Positions 8,807-18,149 of a stretch of 64,000 nucleotides of DNA are shown here, one piece after another (positions within the stretch are counted from its first letter, which is position 1; each line of letters starts with the position of its first letter). A program made the translations under genes and the position numbers. Under the pieces are notes generated by a model that was not told the origin of the DNA, searched no databases, and saw only the letters and a list, made by a program, of their open reading frames with translations. This stretch comes from Chloroflexota bacterium (lineage in GTDB: Bacteria > Chloroflexota > Limnocylindria > Limnocylindrales > CSP1-4): NCBI GenBank assembly GCA_016200665.1, contig JACQEG010000044.1, positions 12,192 through 76,191 of the forward strand, written 5' to 3'.

Positions 8807-11800
8807 TCAGCTCCGGGGCGCGGTCAACCCGGCGGCCCGCGACGCAACGGAGGTTCCGGTCGGCGCGGGCACGAGGTCCAGGCGAACCGCGACCATCGCC
8901 GCCTCCACCCGGCCCGACACGCCGAGCTTGGCCAGGATGTTGCCGACGTGGACGCCGACGGTCTTCTGGCTGATGAAGAGCCGCTCCCCGATCTCGCGGT
9001 TCGTCCGGCCCTCGACAATGAGCCCGAGGACCTCTCGCTCGCGGCCTGACAGGCCGAGCGCCGCGTCGGCGCGGACGGCCGGACCGCCAGCGAACGCCTC
9101 GGCGATCGGCGCCGAGACGACCGGCATGCCGACGCCCACCGCCGTCGCCGGCGGCGTCCCCGTGGCAGCGGCGAGGGCCGGCTCGAGGGCCACGGCCGGC
9201 ATCGTGATGAGCGCTCGGCGGCCGAGGCTCTCGAGGGCTCGCAGGAGTGGACGGGCCTCCAGCTCGCGCGCGATTCGCGCCGCCTCGAGGAGCGGGCCGC
9301 GCGCCGCGGCTCGACCGACTCGGGCATCGCCCGGCGCCCCGAGGGCCGCCTCCGCCTGGCGCCAGCGGACCTTCGCGACCTGGTATGGCTCCCGGGCTCG
9401 CTCCCAGGCCTGGGCGGCGGCGTCCCAGAGCACCGGATCGTCCCGGGCGTCGAGGCGGGCGGCGTAGGCCCGCGCCGTGGCGAGATGCGCGTCGGCTTCG
9501 AGACGGCCCGGCTGGCCGGGCGCGACGCCGCTCCGGCGCAGGACCCCCTCGGTTTCGACGAGGACGCGCTGCGCGCGCTGGCGCGCTCCGCTGACCTCCG
9601 GCAGCGCTCGGCGCTCCCGAGCGTCGTCCGCCACGGCGGCCTGGACCTCGAGGTAGGTCGACGCCATCCGGGCGGTCAGCGCCCAGTCCTCGGCGCGGCG
9701 GACGAGCGCCCAGCCGCGGTCCGCGGCGCGGCGGGCATCCGCAACGTCGCCCCGCCACAGGGCGAATGACGCGGCGGCCCGGGTCGCGGGCACCTCGAGC
9801 TGCGGATCCGGCGCGTGATCGACCTGGAGCGGCCGCCAGCCGAGGAGGCTCGCGGCGCGCTCGTCGACGCTCGTCTCGACCTCGAGCATGGCTGCGGTCA
9901 TGGAGGCGTCGGCGAACGCGACGGGATCGGGACTCCACTCGAGCGCGGTCCGGATGATCTCGCGCGCCTCGGACCAGCGCCCGGCGTTGAAGAGAGCCTC
10001 GGCGATGTTGCCCCGAAGCGGGTTGCCGTACGCGACCTCGAGGCCATCGCGACGAGCCTGGTCGATGGCCGCTGCGGTGAGCTCGATGGCCTCGTCGCGC
10101 CGGCCGAGGAGCGCGAGGGACGTGGTCAGGTTCAGGGTCGCCCGAAAGCCGACGTCCGGGTCGCCGAGCTCCCGCGCGAGCTCGAGCGCCCGCCGCAGGA
10201 GCGCGAGCCCCTCCGTGCCCTCGGCGCTCCACGCCTCCGAGACGCCGACCGTGCACAGGGCATGGGCTTCGATCGAGCGAGCGTCGACCGCGCGGGCGAC
10301 CGAGACCGCCTCGGTCCCGACCTCGGCGGCCTCCTGGAAGTGGCCCAGCAGCATCAGCGTCTGGGCCAGCGAGCTGAGGATGCGGGCCCGTTCGATCGTC
10401 GCCGCCGGCGGGACGATGGAGGCGGCGCGGCGGTGCTCGGCGAGGGCCCGATCGTGGTCGCCGAGCGTCCGGGCGGCGCGTCCGAGCGTTTCGTGGAGGC
10501 CGGCCGTGAGGACCGCGTCCTCGCGCTCGCCATAGCGGCCGATCGCGCTCTCGAGGTACGCGGCCGCACGGTCCGGCCGCCCGGCGGCGAGCGCCACCTC
10601 GGCCGTCTCGTAGAGGAACCGGCCCGCGGAAGCCTGGTCGCTGGCGGCTCCGGGCCCGAGCTCCACTGCCAGCTCGCGGGCGGCGAGGGCGTCCGCAGCG
10701 GAGTCGAGCCGCTCGGCATCGGCGGCGACGACCATCGCGCTCGCCCGGGCCCGGTCCGGCTCGTGGGCGGCGAGCCAGTGGCTCAGCGCGGCGGCGGCGT
10801 CATGGTCGGCGCCGAGGGCCGATGCGAGGGCCAGCTGGTGCCGCCGGCGCTGAGCCGGCAGCAGGTCCGCCTCGATCGCCCGGGCGATGAGCTCGTGCCG
10901 GATCTCGACGCGCTCGGCCGGCGCCTGGACGACGAAGCCGCCCTCGATCGCGGCGTCGAGGCCGGCTCGAAGGTCGGCGTCGAGCACGCCGTCGCCGCGA
11001 CGGGGCCGGGTGGTGGATCGCGGGGGCGTGCCGTCGACGAGCGCCTCGTAGGCGCTGGCGACGCCCACGATGGCCGCCCGGTCGAGTGGCATCGCCGCGG
11101 CCGCCAGCAGCCGGAGCACGCGGCGGGTCTCGGAGTCACGGCGCGCCAGCCGCGCGAGCACGAGGTCCTCGAGGGACGCCCCGAGCGCCACCCCGGGCAG
11201 CTCGCGCCTGGCGGCGAGGATCTCCTCGGCGACGAGGGGCACGCCGCCGGATCGCTCCGCGACGAGCAGCAGCGCAGCGGCCGTCGGCCGCTCGCCCTCG
11301 ATCTCGGCAACGAGCTGGGCGAGCTCGCTGCGGTCCAGGGGTCCCAGCTCCAGGCGATCCGGCGGGTCACCGGCCTGGGCGATGGCTGCGAGCTCCGGGA
11401 GCAGCGGGTGGCCGCGCGCCAGCCGGTCGGTGCCGTACGTCGCGATGAGGCACAGCCGGGCCGGCCGGGCCACGCGGGCGAGGAAGGTCGCGAGGCCCCG
11501 TGTGCCGGCATCGGCGTGGTGGAGGTCCTCGAGGACCAGCAGGACCGGCCGCCGCGCCCCGGCGCGCTCGAGGAGGCCGTGGATGGCCTCGTTCAGCCAG
11601 GCCGTGCGCCGCTCCGGCGCGATGGCATCCCGTCTCGACGGGCGCTCCGGCGCACCGCGGGCCCGCCCCTGCAGACGCTCCGCGAGCCCGGGCAGGAGGC
11701 GCGCCAGCGGCTCCGCTCCCGGCCCGGCGATCCGCCCCAGCTCGGCGTCGTCGAAGGTCGCGAGCCACGGCTCGAGGCCCTCGGCAATCGGCGCGTAGGC

Positions 11801-12031
11801 GGCCATCGCGTGCGGCGCGACCGCGCGGCAGCGGATGACGTGGAAGGGCTCGGAGATCCGGGCGACGCGGCGAATCGTCTCGTCGAGGAGGCGACTGGAC
11901 CCGATGCCCCCGGTGCCGGCCAGCAGGACCCTCGGGCTGCGGCCGTGGACGGCAGCGTCGAGGGCGACCGCCAGCCGCGAGAGCTCCCGCTCGCGGCCGA
12001 CGAAGCGCTCGCTGACGGAGCGTCCGGGCAT
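8807..12031 (-). CDS. LAL-family (large ATP-binding LuxR) transcriptional regulator with an N-terminal AAA/STAND NTPase, a TPR-like middle region and a C-terminal LuxR HTH
   Basis: The N-terminus has FVGRERELSRL followed by a LLAGTGGIGSSRLL P-loop. The C-terminus has EREVLGLIVEGRTNREIGERLFISQKTVGVHVGNILAKLG. The start was taken at M72 ('cat' at 12029-12031). The ORF extends to 12244. Confidence 0.8.
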   Translation of the reverse strand: MPGRSVSERFVGRERELSRLAVALDAAVHGRSPRVLLAGTGGIGSSRLLDETIRRVARISEPFHVIRCRAVAPHAMAAYAPIAEGLEPWLATFDDAELGRIAGPGAEPLARLLPGLAERLQGRARGAPERPSRRDAIAPERRTAWLNEAIHGLLERAGARRPVLLVLEDLHHADAGTRGLATFLARVARPARLCLIATYGTDRLARGHPLLPELAAIAQAGDPPDRLELGPLDRSELAQLVAEIEGERPTAAALLLVAERSGGVPLVAEEILAARRELPGVALGASLEDLVLARLARRDSETRRVLRLLAAAAMPLDRAAIVGVASAYEALVDGTPPRSTTRPRRGDGVLDADLRAGLDAAIEGGFVVQAPAERVEIRHELIARAIEADLLPAQRRRHQLALASALGADHDAAAALSHWLAAHEPDRARASAMVVAADAERLDSAADALAARELAVELGPGAASDQASAGRFLYETAEVALAAGRPDRAAAYLESAIGRYGEREDAVLTAGLHETLGRAARTLGDHDRALAEHRRAASIVPPAATIERARILSSLAQTLMLLGHFQEAAEVGTEAVSVARAVDARSIEAHALCTVGVSEAWSAEGTEGLALLRRALELARELGDPDVGFRATLNLTTSLALLGRRDEAIELTAAAIDQARRDGLEVAYGNPLRGNIAEALFNAGRWSEAREIIRTALEWSPDPVAFADASMTAAMLEVETSVDERAASLLGWRPLQVDHAPDPQLEVPATRAAASFALWRGDVADARRAADRGWALVRRAEDWALTARMASTYLEVQAAVADDARERRALPEVSGARQRAQRVLVETEGVLRRSGVAPGQPGRLEADAHLATARAYAARLDARDDPVLWDAAAQAWERAREPYQVAKVRWRQAEAALGAPGDARVGRAAARGPLLEAARIARELEARPLLRALESLGRRALITMPAVALEPALAAATGTPPATAVGVGMPVVSAPIAEAFAGGPAVRADAALGLSGREREVLGLIVEGRTNREIGERLFISQKTVGVHVGNILAKLGVSGRVEAAMVAVRLDLVPAPTGTSVASRAAGLTAPRS

Positions 12032-12137
12032 GGCGGCATCGTGCCACACGGCGACCCGGATGCGGCAGGGCAAGGCGCGATGATCGGCACGATCCGGAGG
12101 GTCCGCGGAGCCTCCCCGCACCGCTACGCTGGCGAGC

Positions 12138-13160
12138 ATGGCCGACGCGCCCGAGCCTTCGACGACGCCCGGGGAGGGTCCGGCGATCCACCCCCGCAAC
12201 CGCCTCAACGAGTTGTCGGGCGAGGCGTGGCTGTACTTCACCAAGTCGGTCTGGACGACCGCCTACCCCTCCGAGCTCGGCCACCGACTTCGGCGGGCGC
12301 ATGGCGCCAACAAGCCGCCGCGACTCATGGCCCGGCTCATCGAGTACTTCACCAAGACCGGCGAGCTGGTCCTCGATCCGTTCGCCGGCGTCGGTGGCAC
12401 GCTCCTCGGGGCCGCGATGGCGCGTGGGCCGCGACGGGCGATCGGGATCGAGCTGTCACCACGCTGGGCGGAGGTCTACGCCGAGGTCGCGCAGCAGGCC
12501 CGGGCCGAGCGAGGCGGGCTGGGACCGGCGCTCGCGGACCTCGGCCCCCAGGACCCCGGCGGCCCCCGCGGATTCGATCCGTCCGGCTGCGAGCTGCTCG
12601 TGGGCGACGCGCTGGCGATCCTGCCGACGATGGCGGCGTTGAGCGTCGACTTCGTCGCGACCGACCCGCCGTACAACATCCAGCTGCCGATGACCATGGC
12701 GGGCGGCGCCCTCGCCGAGGCCCACGCCAACCGCCGGACCGACTACGCGATGGTGACCGACGACCCGGCCGACCTCGCCAACGCGCCCGACTACGCCACG
12801 TTCCTCGACCGGATGACCGCCGTCCTCGCGGAGCTGGCGCGCGTCCTGCGGCCGGCGCGATACGCGGTCCTGATCGTCCGGGACGCCTATCAGGACGGGC
12901 GCTACGTCTTCACGGCCTCGGACCTCGCAGCCCGGGCAGCGACCGTGGGGCTGATCCCGAAGGGCGATCTCATCTGGTACCAGGCCGGCTCACGGCTGCG
13001 GCCGTACGGCTATCCGACCGGATTCGTGCCGAACATCGTCCACCAGCACCTGCTGGTGTTCCGCCGCGATGGGGCGGCGCCCGCAGACGGGGCGCCCGCA
13101 GGCACGGCGCTCCGAGGCACGGCCCGCGGTCGACGGGCTAGTGGATCCCGCGAGCGCTGA
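12138..13160 (+). CDS. SAM-dependent N-methyltransferase with FxGxG followed by DPPY motifs (N6-adenine/N4-cytosine DNA methyltransferase-like). It is an orphan with no adjacent restriction endonuclease
   Basis: LDPFAGVGGT is motif I and VATDPPYN is motif IV. The helix after motif I (RAIGIELSPRWAEVYAEV) matches the N6_N4 methylase fold. Confidence 0.7.
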   Translation: MADAPEPSTTPGEGPAIHPRNRLNELSGEAWLYFTKSVWTTAYPSELGHRLRRAHGANKPPRLMARLIEYFTKTGELVLDPFAGVGGTLLGAAMARGPRRAIGIELSPRWAEVYAEVAQQARAERGGLGPALADLGPQDPGGPRGFDPSGCELLVGDALAILPTMAALSVDFVATDPPYNIQLPMTMAGGALAEAHANRRTDYAMVTDDPADLANAPDYATFLDRMTAVLAELARVLRPARYAVLIVRDAYQDGRYVFTASDLAARAATVGLIPKGDLIWYQAGSRLRPYGYPTGFVPNIVHQHLLVFRRDGAAPADGAPAGTALRGTARGRRASGSRER

Positions 13161-13857
13161 GGACGGCGCTCAGCAGGTCGTCCTGCTCGGGCACCTCGAC
13201 ACGATGGCCGAAGGTCAGGGCCTCGGCGCCGACGGCCCCGAGGGTCGTGCGATGGACCCAGCCGATCCGGCCGTTCGGGCACATGACCCGCCAGAAGGCG
13301 CCGCCGTTCTCCAGGACCTCCACCTCGTCGCCGGACATGAGGTCCTCGAGCTGTCGGCCCAGGACCTCGTCCGGCCGGTCGAGCAGCGCGACGACCGCGT
13401 AGCGGACGAGCCGGCGCGCGCCGCTCGAATCGTTCCCGGCCGGGAACCGCAGCGGGAGGCGGTCGGTTCGGGCCACGCGCAGGGGGTCGGCGCGTCGCGC
13501 CGCTAGGAGCGAGGGCCGGCGCCACCGCGGCATGAGGGCCTCGGGATCGACGTCCTGGTCCGGTGCCATCGAGGCCATGACCGGATCGGCATCGACATCG
13601 GGCGCGGTCGCGGGCGACGCGGCGGATGACGCCAGCGGCGCCCCGACGCGCATCGCGGCGACGGCTGCCGCGGCGTTCGAGCCACGGGGAGTCTCCCGGC
13701 GCGAAAGGCGGATCATGCCCACGAGACCGGCGATGGTGATCGACAGCCCGAGGACCGCCGCTGTCGGAAGCCCGACGGCCGTCGCGGTCAGGATCACCCC
13801 GGCCATGACGAGCACCATGAGCACGAGCCGCGCAGCGGCCCGGATGAAGCCGCGCAT
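13138..13857 (-). CDS. Membrane-anchored protein with a C-terminal SH3b-like domain
   Basis: The start MRGF... is preceded by an AAAGGAGAGGG RBS. There is one TM helix. The C-terminal GDEVEVLENGGAFWRVMCPNGRIGWVH segment looks SH3b-like. Confidence 0.6.
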   Translation of the reverse strand: MRGFIRAAARLVLMVLVMAGVILTATAVGLPTAAVLGLSITIAGLVGMIRLSRRETPRGSNAAAAVAAMRVGAPLASSAASPATAPDVDADPVMASMAPDQDVDPEALMPRWRRPSLLAARRADPLRVARTDRLPLRFPAGNDSSGARRLVRYAVVALLDRPDEVLGRQLEDLMSGDEVEVLENGGAFWRVMCPNGRIGWVHRTTLGAVGAEALTFGHRVEVPEQDDLLSAVLSARGIH

Positions 13858-14136
13858 CCCTCTCCTTTGGCCCGATGACCGGGCCGATGAATTCAGGGGG
13901 CGAGCATGCTGGCCGTTCGGCGGGGTCGCAATGGTACGGGGGTCATGTCGGATCCCAACACCGAGTACGGGTGACGTGAGGTTCGATGCGGTCCGGAGCG
14001 TGCCGCTGGTCACCACCCGGTCGGCTGCGGTCGCGCGCGCGGGCAGGCACAGGCGCCGGCGATGGTCCTGTTGACGGTGCCGAACTGACCCGAACAGGCC
14101 ATTTCACCCCGGGCCCGCGGGCCGGAGGATTGGCCC

Positions 14137-14898
14137 ATGCAGGTCATCGCCTCCCAGCGGCCGGTCGCGGGCCGCCCCAGCCGTCTGTCGGTGATCATCT
14201 CGTTCGCCCTTGGCGCGGCGTTCGTCGCCGGGGCGGCCTGGATCCTGTACGCCGTCTTCGGCCTCGGGTTCCTCGAGCGCTACGTGCCGAGCGGCCGGAC
14301 CACGACGTTCCAGCTCGTGGCCGGGGCGCTTGCCTGGACCTTCGCCCTGACGGCCCCGCCGGCCTTCGGCCTCGTCGGGGTGTCACGCCTCGTCGTCGCG
14401 ATGGAGCGCGCCCGCGCGCGCCGGCCGCGCATCACCCCGGCCGTCCGCCTCGCCCGCGCCATCGGCGACGACCACGTCGTCGCGACCAGCATCCGAGTGC
14501 CGGACGGCAGCCGCGTCGTGCCCGAGCTCGTCATCGGCCCCTTCGGCGCCGCGATCGTCGAGGAGCTGCCGCCGGCCATGGCGGTCATGTCCCGCGGCAT
14601 CCGCAGCTGGGAGGTCCGCACCGGCGACGGCCACGTCCGCACGATCGAGAACCCCCTCGAGCGGGCGGCTCACGACGCCGATCGGGTTCGAGCCTGGCTC
14701 TCGAGCGACGAGACCGACCACATCGTCAAGGTCTACGCCGTCGTCGTCGGCAATGATCCGCGCGTCGACCGGACCGCCGGCTGCGCCGTCGTCGAGCCTG
14801 ACGAGGTCGCCGCCTGGCTGACCTCGCTCCCGCCGCAGCCCTCGCTCGACCAGGGCCGCCGCGAGCGCATCGTCCGGCTCATCCGCTCGGCGCTGTAG
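14137..14898 (+). CDS. Membrane protein with a NERD-like (nuclease-related) domain
   Basis: A GGAGG RBS precedes the start. There are two N-terminal TM helices. The body has DDHVV...GPFGAAIVEE...ENPLERAAHDADRVRAWL, which matches the NERD pattern. Confidence 0.55.
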   Translation: MQVIASQRPVAGRPSRLSVIISFALGAAFVAGAAWILYAVFGLGFLERYVPSGRTTTFQLVAGALAWTFALTAPPAFGLVGVSRLVVAMERARARRPRITPAVRLARAIGDDHVVATSIRVPDGSRVVPELVIGPFGAAIVEELPPAMAVMSRGIRSWEVRTGDGHVRTIENPLERAAHDADRVRAWLSSDETDHIVKVYAVVVGNDPRVDRTAGCAVVEPDEVAAWLTSLPPQPSLDQGRRERIVRLIRSAL

Positions 14899-15074
14899 AC
14901 AGACACCGATCCGGAGACCCGCGGGTCGACACCATCCCACGGCGTGTCTGAGAGCATTGACGGCAAGCTCGGCGTCCGATCTCGGGCCCAGCTCGTTCGG
15001 GCGGTGGAACCGCCGACGGCAAACGTGCCCGTAACGTCACGGCCGGGAGCCGCACAAACATAGGGTTCTTCCCG

Positions 15075-16157
15075 ATGCCGCGGCTCTGCGCCGGTCCATA
15101 CGGTTCCGGCATGCCAACGCCATCTGACCGCCCGTTCCTTCGGCCGATCTCCCTGGCGCTGCTCGTCGGCGTGCTCCTGCTGGCCGTCGCGGGTTCGTTC
15201 GCGGTGCCGCGGCCCGTCGCAGCGGCGCTGGGCTGTCCGAACTGCGCCACGCTGCACATCAACCTGAGCGGCAACGGCAGTGGCACCGTGACGGACGGCC
15301 TCGGCAACTCGTGCGCCTACTCGGAGCATGTGCCCGCCGAATGCACGTTCTCGTACCAGTGGCTGGTGTCGATCCCCGGGATCCAGGTCGTGCTGACCGC
15401 GACCCCGCTCTCGAACAACCGGGCGTGCGATCTGCAGGGCGGTGCCGGCTGCGGCGGGCTCGGCGAATCGATCAGCCACAAGTACACCCTGGAGAACGGG
15501 TGGTCGCCGTCGGCGAGCTTCGAGTTCGATCCGGCCGACATCGCCTGGATCAAGGTCGAGATCGGCGGGACGGGGGCAGGCACTGTCGTGGACGCCGACC
15601 ATCCGGGCTGGCTGACCTGCAGCTACAGCTCGAACGTCGAATCCGGTGACTGTATCCGTGAGTACTTCTGGGATCCGCAGTTCGCGAGCATCACCCTGTC
15701 GATCGAGGCGAAGGCGGCGGCCGGGAGCGTGACGTGCCTCTCGCTGCCATGCGATAGCCCCATGGCGCACTTCACCTTCTCGTTGACCCTGCCGGACGGA
15801 GCCACCCAGCCGATTGGCGTGGACTTCGAGGCCATCGCCGCGAGCAGTCCGAGCCCGACGCCGACGGGGACGCCGCACGCGACCAGCCGCCCGGTGGCCA
15901 GCGTCGGCGCGACGGCACCGGCCGCCACGCCGCCCGCCACCACGCCCGTCCCGCCGTCGGGCGGCGACCTCACGCCGCCCACCGAGGCCGCGACGCCAGC
16001 GTCGACCGGCTCCCCGGTCGCGTCGAGTCCGGCGGCTGCAACGCCCGTCGCGTCGGCCGATGGAGGCGTGCCGGTCCTGCTGCTCGCGGTTGTCGCGCTC
16101 GCCATCGCCGCAGGGCTGCTCGGGGCCTTCCGCCTGGGTCGGAGCCGCCCGTCATGA
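15075..16157 (+). CDS. Secreted Cys-rich cell-surface protein with two internal repeat modules, a Pro/Thr/Ala-rich linker and a C-terminal TM anchor
   Basis: It has a signal peptide. The repeats are of the GNGSGTVTDGLGNSCAYS...C form. There is an alternative start at 15111. The PT-rich stalk is followed by LLLAVVALAIAAGLLGAFRLGRSRPS. Confidence 0.55.
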   Translation: MPRLCAGPYGSGMPTPSDRPFLRPISLALLVGVLLLAVAGSFAVPRPVAAALGCPNCATLHINLSGNGSGTVTDGLGNSCAYSEHVPAECTFSYQWLVSIPGIQVVLTATPLSNNRACDLQGGAGCGGLGESISHKYTLENGWSPSASFEFDPADIAWIKVEIGGTGAGTVVDADHPGWLTCSYSSNVESGDCIREYFWDPQFASITLSIEAKAAAGSVTCLSLPCDSPMAHFTFSLTLPDGATQPIGVDFEAIAASSPSPTPTGTPHATSRPVASVGATAPAATPPATTPVPPSGGDLTPPTEAATPASTGSPVASSPAAATPVASADGGVPVLLLAVVALAIAAGLLGAFRLGRSRPS

Positions 16158-16244
16158 GCTGCGCACATCGAGGGAATCGCCCGACGCCGGCAGGACTCGC
16201 GGTCTCGCGCCGTCGGAGAACCTGATCGACCTTGCGTCGGGGGT

Positions 16245-16320
16245 TGGTAGGGGCGCCTGGACTCGAACCAGGAACCAGTCGGGTATAAGCCGACCGCTCT
16301 AACCATTGAGCTACGCCCCT
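16245..16320 (-). tRNA. tRNA with anticodon UAU, predicted tRNA-Ile(UAU) decoding AUA. CCA is encoded
   Basis: The sequence folds as a manual cloverleaf: acceptor stem AGGGGCG/CGCCCCU, D-arm GCUC-AAUGGUUA-GAGC, anticodon stem GUCGG/CCGAC with loop C-U-UAU-A-C, a 5-nt variable loop, T-arm CCUGG-UUCGAGU-CCAGG, discriminator A, then CCA. Confidence 0.8.
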
Positions 16321-16381
16321 GCGGTCCCATGAGCGTACACGCGGGTCCGGGGCCGGGCGCGCCCGACGTCGAGGGAGCGCC

Positions 16382-16831
16382 TCAGGTGAGCAGCGGCTTG
16401 AGCACCTGCGAGGCGATGACGAGGGCCAGGTAGGCGATCGGGATCGCGGCGAAGAAGCCCAGCGCGGCGCTCCACGGCGTCCGGATCGAGCGTGTCCCGG
16501 AGCCGCGCGGCAGCGGCACGATGAGCCACGTGATCAGCGAGCCGAACAGCAGCACGAGGACCACGTCAAGGGCGGCTGCCGCGAAGCGCAGGTCGCCGCC
16601 CGGCAGGCTGGCGCCCCGGGTGAGCGCCACGTCGTAGGCGAGATACGCAACGCCGAGGAGCCCGGCGACCACGGACGACGACGCCACCGCCCGGACGATC
16701 GGGCGGGGCGCGTTCCGGAACTGGCGCCAGCGGATCTGCCACCACGAGCGGGGCCGGGACACGACGGCGCGAGGAGCGGAGGGCGGCCGGGGCGCGGGGT
16801 CGACGGGCGGCCGCGGCACAGCGTCGCCCAC
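16382..16831 (-). CDS. Small hypothetical membrane protein; start uncertain
   Basis: The C-terminal ~125 aa are hydrophobic (LLGVAYLAYD...VVLVLLFGSLITWLIVPL...). The N-terminal part of the long ORF overlaps the aminotransferase gene out of frame. Confidence 0.4.
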   Translation of the reverse strand: MGDAVPRPPVDPAPRPPSAPRAVVSRPRSWWQIRWRQFRNAPRPIVRAVASSSVVAGLLGVAYLAYDVALTRGASLPGGDLRFAAAALDVVLVLLFGSLITWLIVPLPRGSGTRSIRTPWSAALGFFAAIPIAYLALVIASQVLKPLLT

Positions 16832-16836
16832 GGCAG

Positions 16837-18060
16837 TCAGGACTGGCCGAGGATCGCCAGCGTCCGGCGCGGCGGGATCGTCTCGGGCGTGTGGGCGGCG
16901 AGCAGCCGCACGCCGTCGAGGTAGGTGTCGAGCTCGTCCCGGCTCGTCCAGAAGCCGGGGCTGATGCGAACCGCATCGACGAGCGGCAGCGTCCGCGCGA
17001 TCGCGAACGTCCGAGCGGCGAGCTCGTCGAGGGCCGCCTGGGCCGGCCAGCCCGCGATCCGAAATGACACGAGGTTCGCCATGCGGTCGCGCGGCGTCAG
17101 GAGGGTCACGCCGTCGATCTCGGCGAGCCGGTCGGCGGCGTAGCGGGCCATCGCGCTGCCGTGGCCGTACACGAAGTCGAGCCCGACGAACATCGTCAGC
17201 CAGCCGATCGCCCGGGCCATGCCGACGACGGACGGGCGATGGAACGGCGAGGCCTCGAAGCGGCGGGCGTCGTCGAACGGCTTCGCGGTGCCCTTCGAGT
17301 CGTAGCTCTCGAAGGCGAAATGGCCGGCGAACGTGATCCGCGCCTTCGGGAGGTAGTCGCGGCTGACCCACACCGCGCCCGTGCCCTCCGGGCCGAGCAG
17401 CCACTTCTGGCCGGGGACCGCGTACATCTCGACGCCGAGGTCGCCGACCGCGAAGCGAATCGCGCCGGCAGCCTGCGCCCCGTCGACGATGACCGTCGCG
17501 CCGCGCTCGTGGGCGAGATCCGCGATCCGCCGGACGGGCAGGACCATCCCGGTCGTCCAGATGACGTGCGAGAAGGAGACCAGCCGCGTCCCGGGCGTGA
17601 TGAGCCGGTCGAAGGCCGCGACGACCTCGTCGTCGCTCGCCGCGCCGTCGAACTCGGCGAAGCGGACCTCGACGGCCAGGCGGTCGCGCAGCGCGTACAG
17701 CGGTCCGAGGCCGCCGGCGTGCTCGTGGGTCGTCGTGACGGCGATGTCACCGCGCTGCCAGTCGACCGACCAGGTCCCGGCGTTCATGCCGTCGGTCGTG
17801 GCGTGCGTCAGGGCGACCTCGTCGATGTCGGCGCCGAGGACCGCCGCCACGCCGGCGCGGGCCTCGTCGATTCGCTGCAGCAGCTCGAGGTAGTACTCGA
17901 AGTCCGCCCGGCCACGGTCCCGCTCGTAGGCCGCGAGCTCCGCCATCGCCGCGGCGGACTCAGCCGGGATCGGCCCGACACTGCCGGTGTTGAGCTGGAT
18001 GCCGGCGGCGAGGGAGGGCATCGCCGCTCGCACCGCCGCGAGCTTCTCCGCATCCGGCAT
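16837..18060 (-). CDS. Class V aminotransferase (cysteine desulfurase / SufS-like fold)
   Basis: The protein is ~408 aa with VSFSHVIWTTGMVLP and AVPGQKWLLGPEGTGAVWV segments. The start was taken at MPDAEK ('cat' at 18058-18060). It is divergent from the rhodanese gene. Confidence 0.75.
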   Translation of the reverse strand: MPDAEKLAAVRAAMPSLAAGIQLNTGSVGPIPAESAAAMAELAAYERDRGRADFEYYLELLQRIDEARAGVAAVLGADIDEVALTHATTDGMNAGTWSVDWQRGDIAVTTTHEHAGGLGPLYALRDRLAVEVRFAEFDGAASDDEVVAAFDRLITPGTRLVSFSHVIWTTGMVLPVRRIADLAHERGATVIVDGAQAAGAIRFAVGDLGVEMYAVPGQKWLLGPEGTGAVWVSRDYLPKARITFAGHFAFESYDSKGTAKPFDDARRFEASPFHRPSVVGMARAIGWLTMFVGLDFVYGHGSAMARYAADRLAEIDGVTLLTPRDRMANLVSFRIAGWPAQAALDELAARTFAIARTLPLVDAVRISPGFWTSRDELDTYLDGVRLLAAHTPETIPPRRTLAILGQS

Positions 18061-18149
18061 GAAGGGCGAGACCACGCTCGTATGATACCGGCGAGGTCGG
18101 CTGCCTCCGGCACGGTCCGGGGGGATTTCGGGAGGCATTCGAGGGCCAC

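Noticed and set aside
8715-13141. Large ORFs on both strands, 513 aa minus and 1108 aa plus, overlapping the LAL regulator gene
   Set aside because: These are shadow frames of the 1.07-kaa LuxR-family gene. Composition is Arg/Gly/Pro-rich with no domains.
14899-14960. Inverted repeat CAGACAC...GTGTCTG after the NERD gene, as a terminator
   Set aside because: The arms are only 7 bp, separated by 37 nt, with no U-tract. That is too weak to call.
14733-15878. 381-aa minus-strand ORF across the 14.9-15.9 kb region
   Set aside because: It overlaps the Cys-rich surface protein gene and an intergenic region. It is Arg-rich and has no start context.
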